Positions 38,018 to 38,223 of a stretch of DNA of 38,223 nt are shown in pieces. The first letter of the stretch is position 1; each line of letters begins with the position of its first letter. The DNA is from an uncultured Erysipelotrichaceae bacterium. GTDB taxonomy: Bacteria; Bacillota_I; Bacilli_A; RF39; UBA660. A program made the position numbers and the translations under genes. The stretch covers positions 1-38,223 of the forward strand of contig CACZRB010000073.1 in assembly GCA_902783555.1 (NCBI GenBank), read 5' to 3'. A model generated the notes under the pieces. It searched no databases. It was given only the letters and a program-made list of their open reading frames with translations, and was not told where the DNA came from.

Positions 38018-38117
38018 TTTTTAATTTTAGCATATCAATTAGGATATTACAAGTAAAAAAGACTTGCTAGAATCTCTACTAATATTGTAAAATATAAATA
38101 GATAATTGGAGGCACCT

Positions 38118-38223
38118 ATGACAAGTAATAAAAAGGTAATTATTAGTTTATCTATAATAGGATTATTATTAGTAAGTTTAGCTATTAGTTATGCTTATTT
38201 TAGTGCTAAAATAACTAATAATG
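38118..38223 (+). CDS. Start of another TYAYF-family (SipW-type-like signal peptide) surface protein; 3' end outside window
   Basis: GGAGG at 38108-38112, then ATG 38118: MTSNKKVIISLSIIGLLLVSLAISYAYFSAKITNN... Confidence 0.75.
   Translation, partial: MTSNKKVIISLSIIGLLLVSLAISYAYFSAKITNN

Overview
This is a very AT-rich chromosomal segment from a low-GC Gram-positive bacterium (Bacillota; Erysipelotrichia- or Bacilli-like gene content). It uses the standard code, because TGA acts as a stop, for example in the lepB/holA ATGA overlap. All roughly 40 credible CDS lie on the + strand. I saw no rRNA, tRNA, CRISPR array or intact mobile element. The housekeeping genes are pdp, lon, lepA-csaA-tag-hemW, frr, hrcA-grpE-dnaK and pepF-dnaJ (two CIRCE operators), lepB-holA, a T-box leader in front of hisS-aspS-asnS, a HAD-like gene and gatCAB. 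Several accessory loci sit between these. (1) One surface-protein family has a TasA/camelysin (SipW-type)-like ...TYAYF(S/T)A signal peptide and DUF285/BspA-like 25-aa repeats. It occurs at four sites: 2163-3616, an 84-nt remnant at 12661, 18713-20180, and a new copy starting at 38118. Both complete copies are frameshifted, one inside an A9 homopolymer. (2) The hemW-frr interval carries a cadherin-like, TM-anchored surface protein, two tandem paralogous large proteins with prepilin/pseudopilin-type N-termini and a shared four-Cys C-terminal domain, and a tail-anchored small protein. No pilus machinery is present in the window. This is my best candidate for an undescribed system. (3) A compact type I toxin-antitoxin-like module lies downstream of gatB: a 41-aa hydrophobic peptide, 5'/3' panhandle pairing, and a convergent antisense promoter and terminator. 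(4) An AAA_14/DUF4143-type ATPase has an operator-like palindrome over a consensus promoter. (5) A DUF1016 nuclease and a decayed ORF6N gene sit at the left edge. All functional calls come from motif recognition by eye, and no searches were run.
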